Below, one piece after another: positions 62,939 through 64,000 of a stretch of DNA of 64,000 bases. How positions within the stretch are numbered: position 1 is the stretch's first letter; each line of letters starts with the position of its first letter. The notes under the pieces were generated by a model. The model did no database searches. It worked only from the letters and a program-made list of their open reading frames with translations, and was not told the DNA's origin. The stretch comes from Octopus vulgaris (Eukaryota), in the NCBI GenBank assembly GCA_951406725.2, contig OX597823.1:115506001-115570000 (forward strand). Reading direction: 5' to 3'. A program made the position numbers and the translations under genes.

Positions 62939-63767
62939 TTAAATGAGAATTTCAAAATGCACAACGTCTGTTTTACCGCTGCTGGTAACAAGATTTAGGA
63001 TCTGAGTTTAGAGTGACTATTCAATGAGCTGAATTCGAATTATGTTGGAATCAATGTTGCTTTTCATCCTGATAGGCAAACGTTTAGAAAATAAATATAA
63101 ATATGGTTTTACCAGCTACCATTATGAAGTTGGTTTTGTGCCAAGAGCAGAAGGAATAAAACCGTTATTTCGTTTTTACATTTGCAGTTCATAAAGTTTT
63201 ACTGTTTTGTGATCCAGTGTTGTTTTGCTCTTTTGGTGAGCGACAGACGAAGCTTTATTCGTAAAACGAATTAAAGGCTTTATGCCTTTGTCTCTACACA
63301 TTGGGCTTTGGGGAAAGCGGGTGGGTCGTTGTAAGACGTAGGTTCAAATTGTAAGAGTTGTGTGCAGATGCAGGCATGCACATACGCACACACACAGACA
63401 CACACACACACAAACACATATGTACATGCACACACTCACAAATACACACCCACACAGATACACAGGCCCACATGCACACACACAAAAATACCCACACAGA
63501 TACACACACATGCACCTGCACACACACATACACACAAATACACACATGCACACACACACACATACAAACACACATGTACATGCACACACACAAATACACA
63601 ACCACACAGATACACACACACACATAAATACACACCCACACGCACACACACACAAATACCCACACAGATACACACGCACCTGCACACACACAAATACACA
63701 AATACACACACACACGCGTCCTCTGCTGTGATTGTAATAACAGATATGATTTAGCACATTTTCTTAC

Positions 63768-63857
63768 CTGATAGAAAGCATGGACAAAAAATAAAACCGA
63801 CATTAAATGAAATGATGATGTCAGTGTATGATAACGATGTCGTGAATTCGTTAACAT
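63768..63857 (-). CDS. Candidate first coding exon (signal-peptide-like) of an unidentified gene
   Basis: ATG..MLTNSRHRYHTLTSSFHLMSVLFFVHAFYQ followed by CAG|GTAAGA donor; 4 CpG in 90 nt; no homology recognised. Confidence 0.3.
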
Positions 63858-64000
63858 ATCTATCGATTTAGATATGTCACTAATTTAGCAAAATGATATA
63901 TATAGAGAGAGCTGTAGATATATATATGTATGTATTTATGTGTAATATATGTGTGTGTATACAGACAATCACATGCATACATACATATATACATCCATAT

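Noticed and set aside
1797-63757. Dozens of ORFs rich in YI, CV, HT or poly-I
   Set aside because: They are translations of (TA)n, (TG)n and (ATT)n microsatellites, which lack stops in these frames

Overview
This is AT-rich, CpG-depleted, microsatellite-saturated eukaryotic DNA. Its repeat families (tRNA/CORE-type SINEs with an internal (TA)n(TG)n tract, RTE 3' ends with (GAT)n tails) match what I know of an Octopus (coleoid cephalopod) genome; the species call is an inference. The window looks intronic or intergenic, and I recognise no host gene with confidence. Nearly all listed ORFs are microsatellite or SINE read-throughs. Supported features: about 20 SINE-A copies, about 12 SINE-B loci (several with clean TSDs, one a tetramer), RTE/CR1/Penelope LINE fragments, a full-length frameshifted mariner (35977-37246), an older mariner with three nested insertions, three maT/DD37D Tc1-like relics, piggyBac-type and Tc2/pogo-type MITEs, and non-autonomous Helitrons. 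Most noteworthy: (i) three unrelated short elements in TA-rich microsatellites, each carrying a minimal type I hammerhead ribozyme motif of the Penelope-like kind, with an intact core at 51587-51654 (minus); (ii) many long inverted repeats, two of them symmetrically flanked by divergent SINEs (potential long dsRNA); (iii) local inverted and direct duplications with filled and empty insertion sites; (iv) one candidate signal-peptide exon at the right edge (63768-63857, minus). Coordinates were read by eye, so degenerate ends are approximate.
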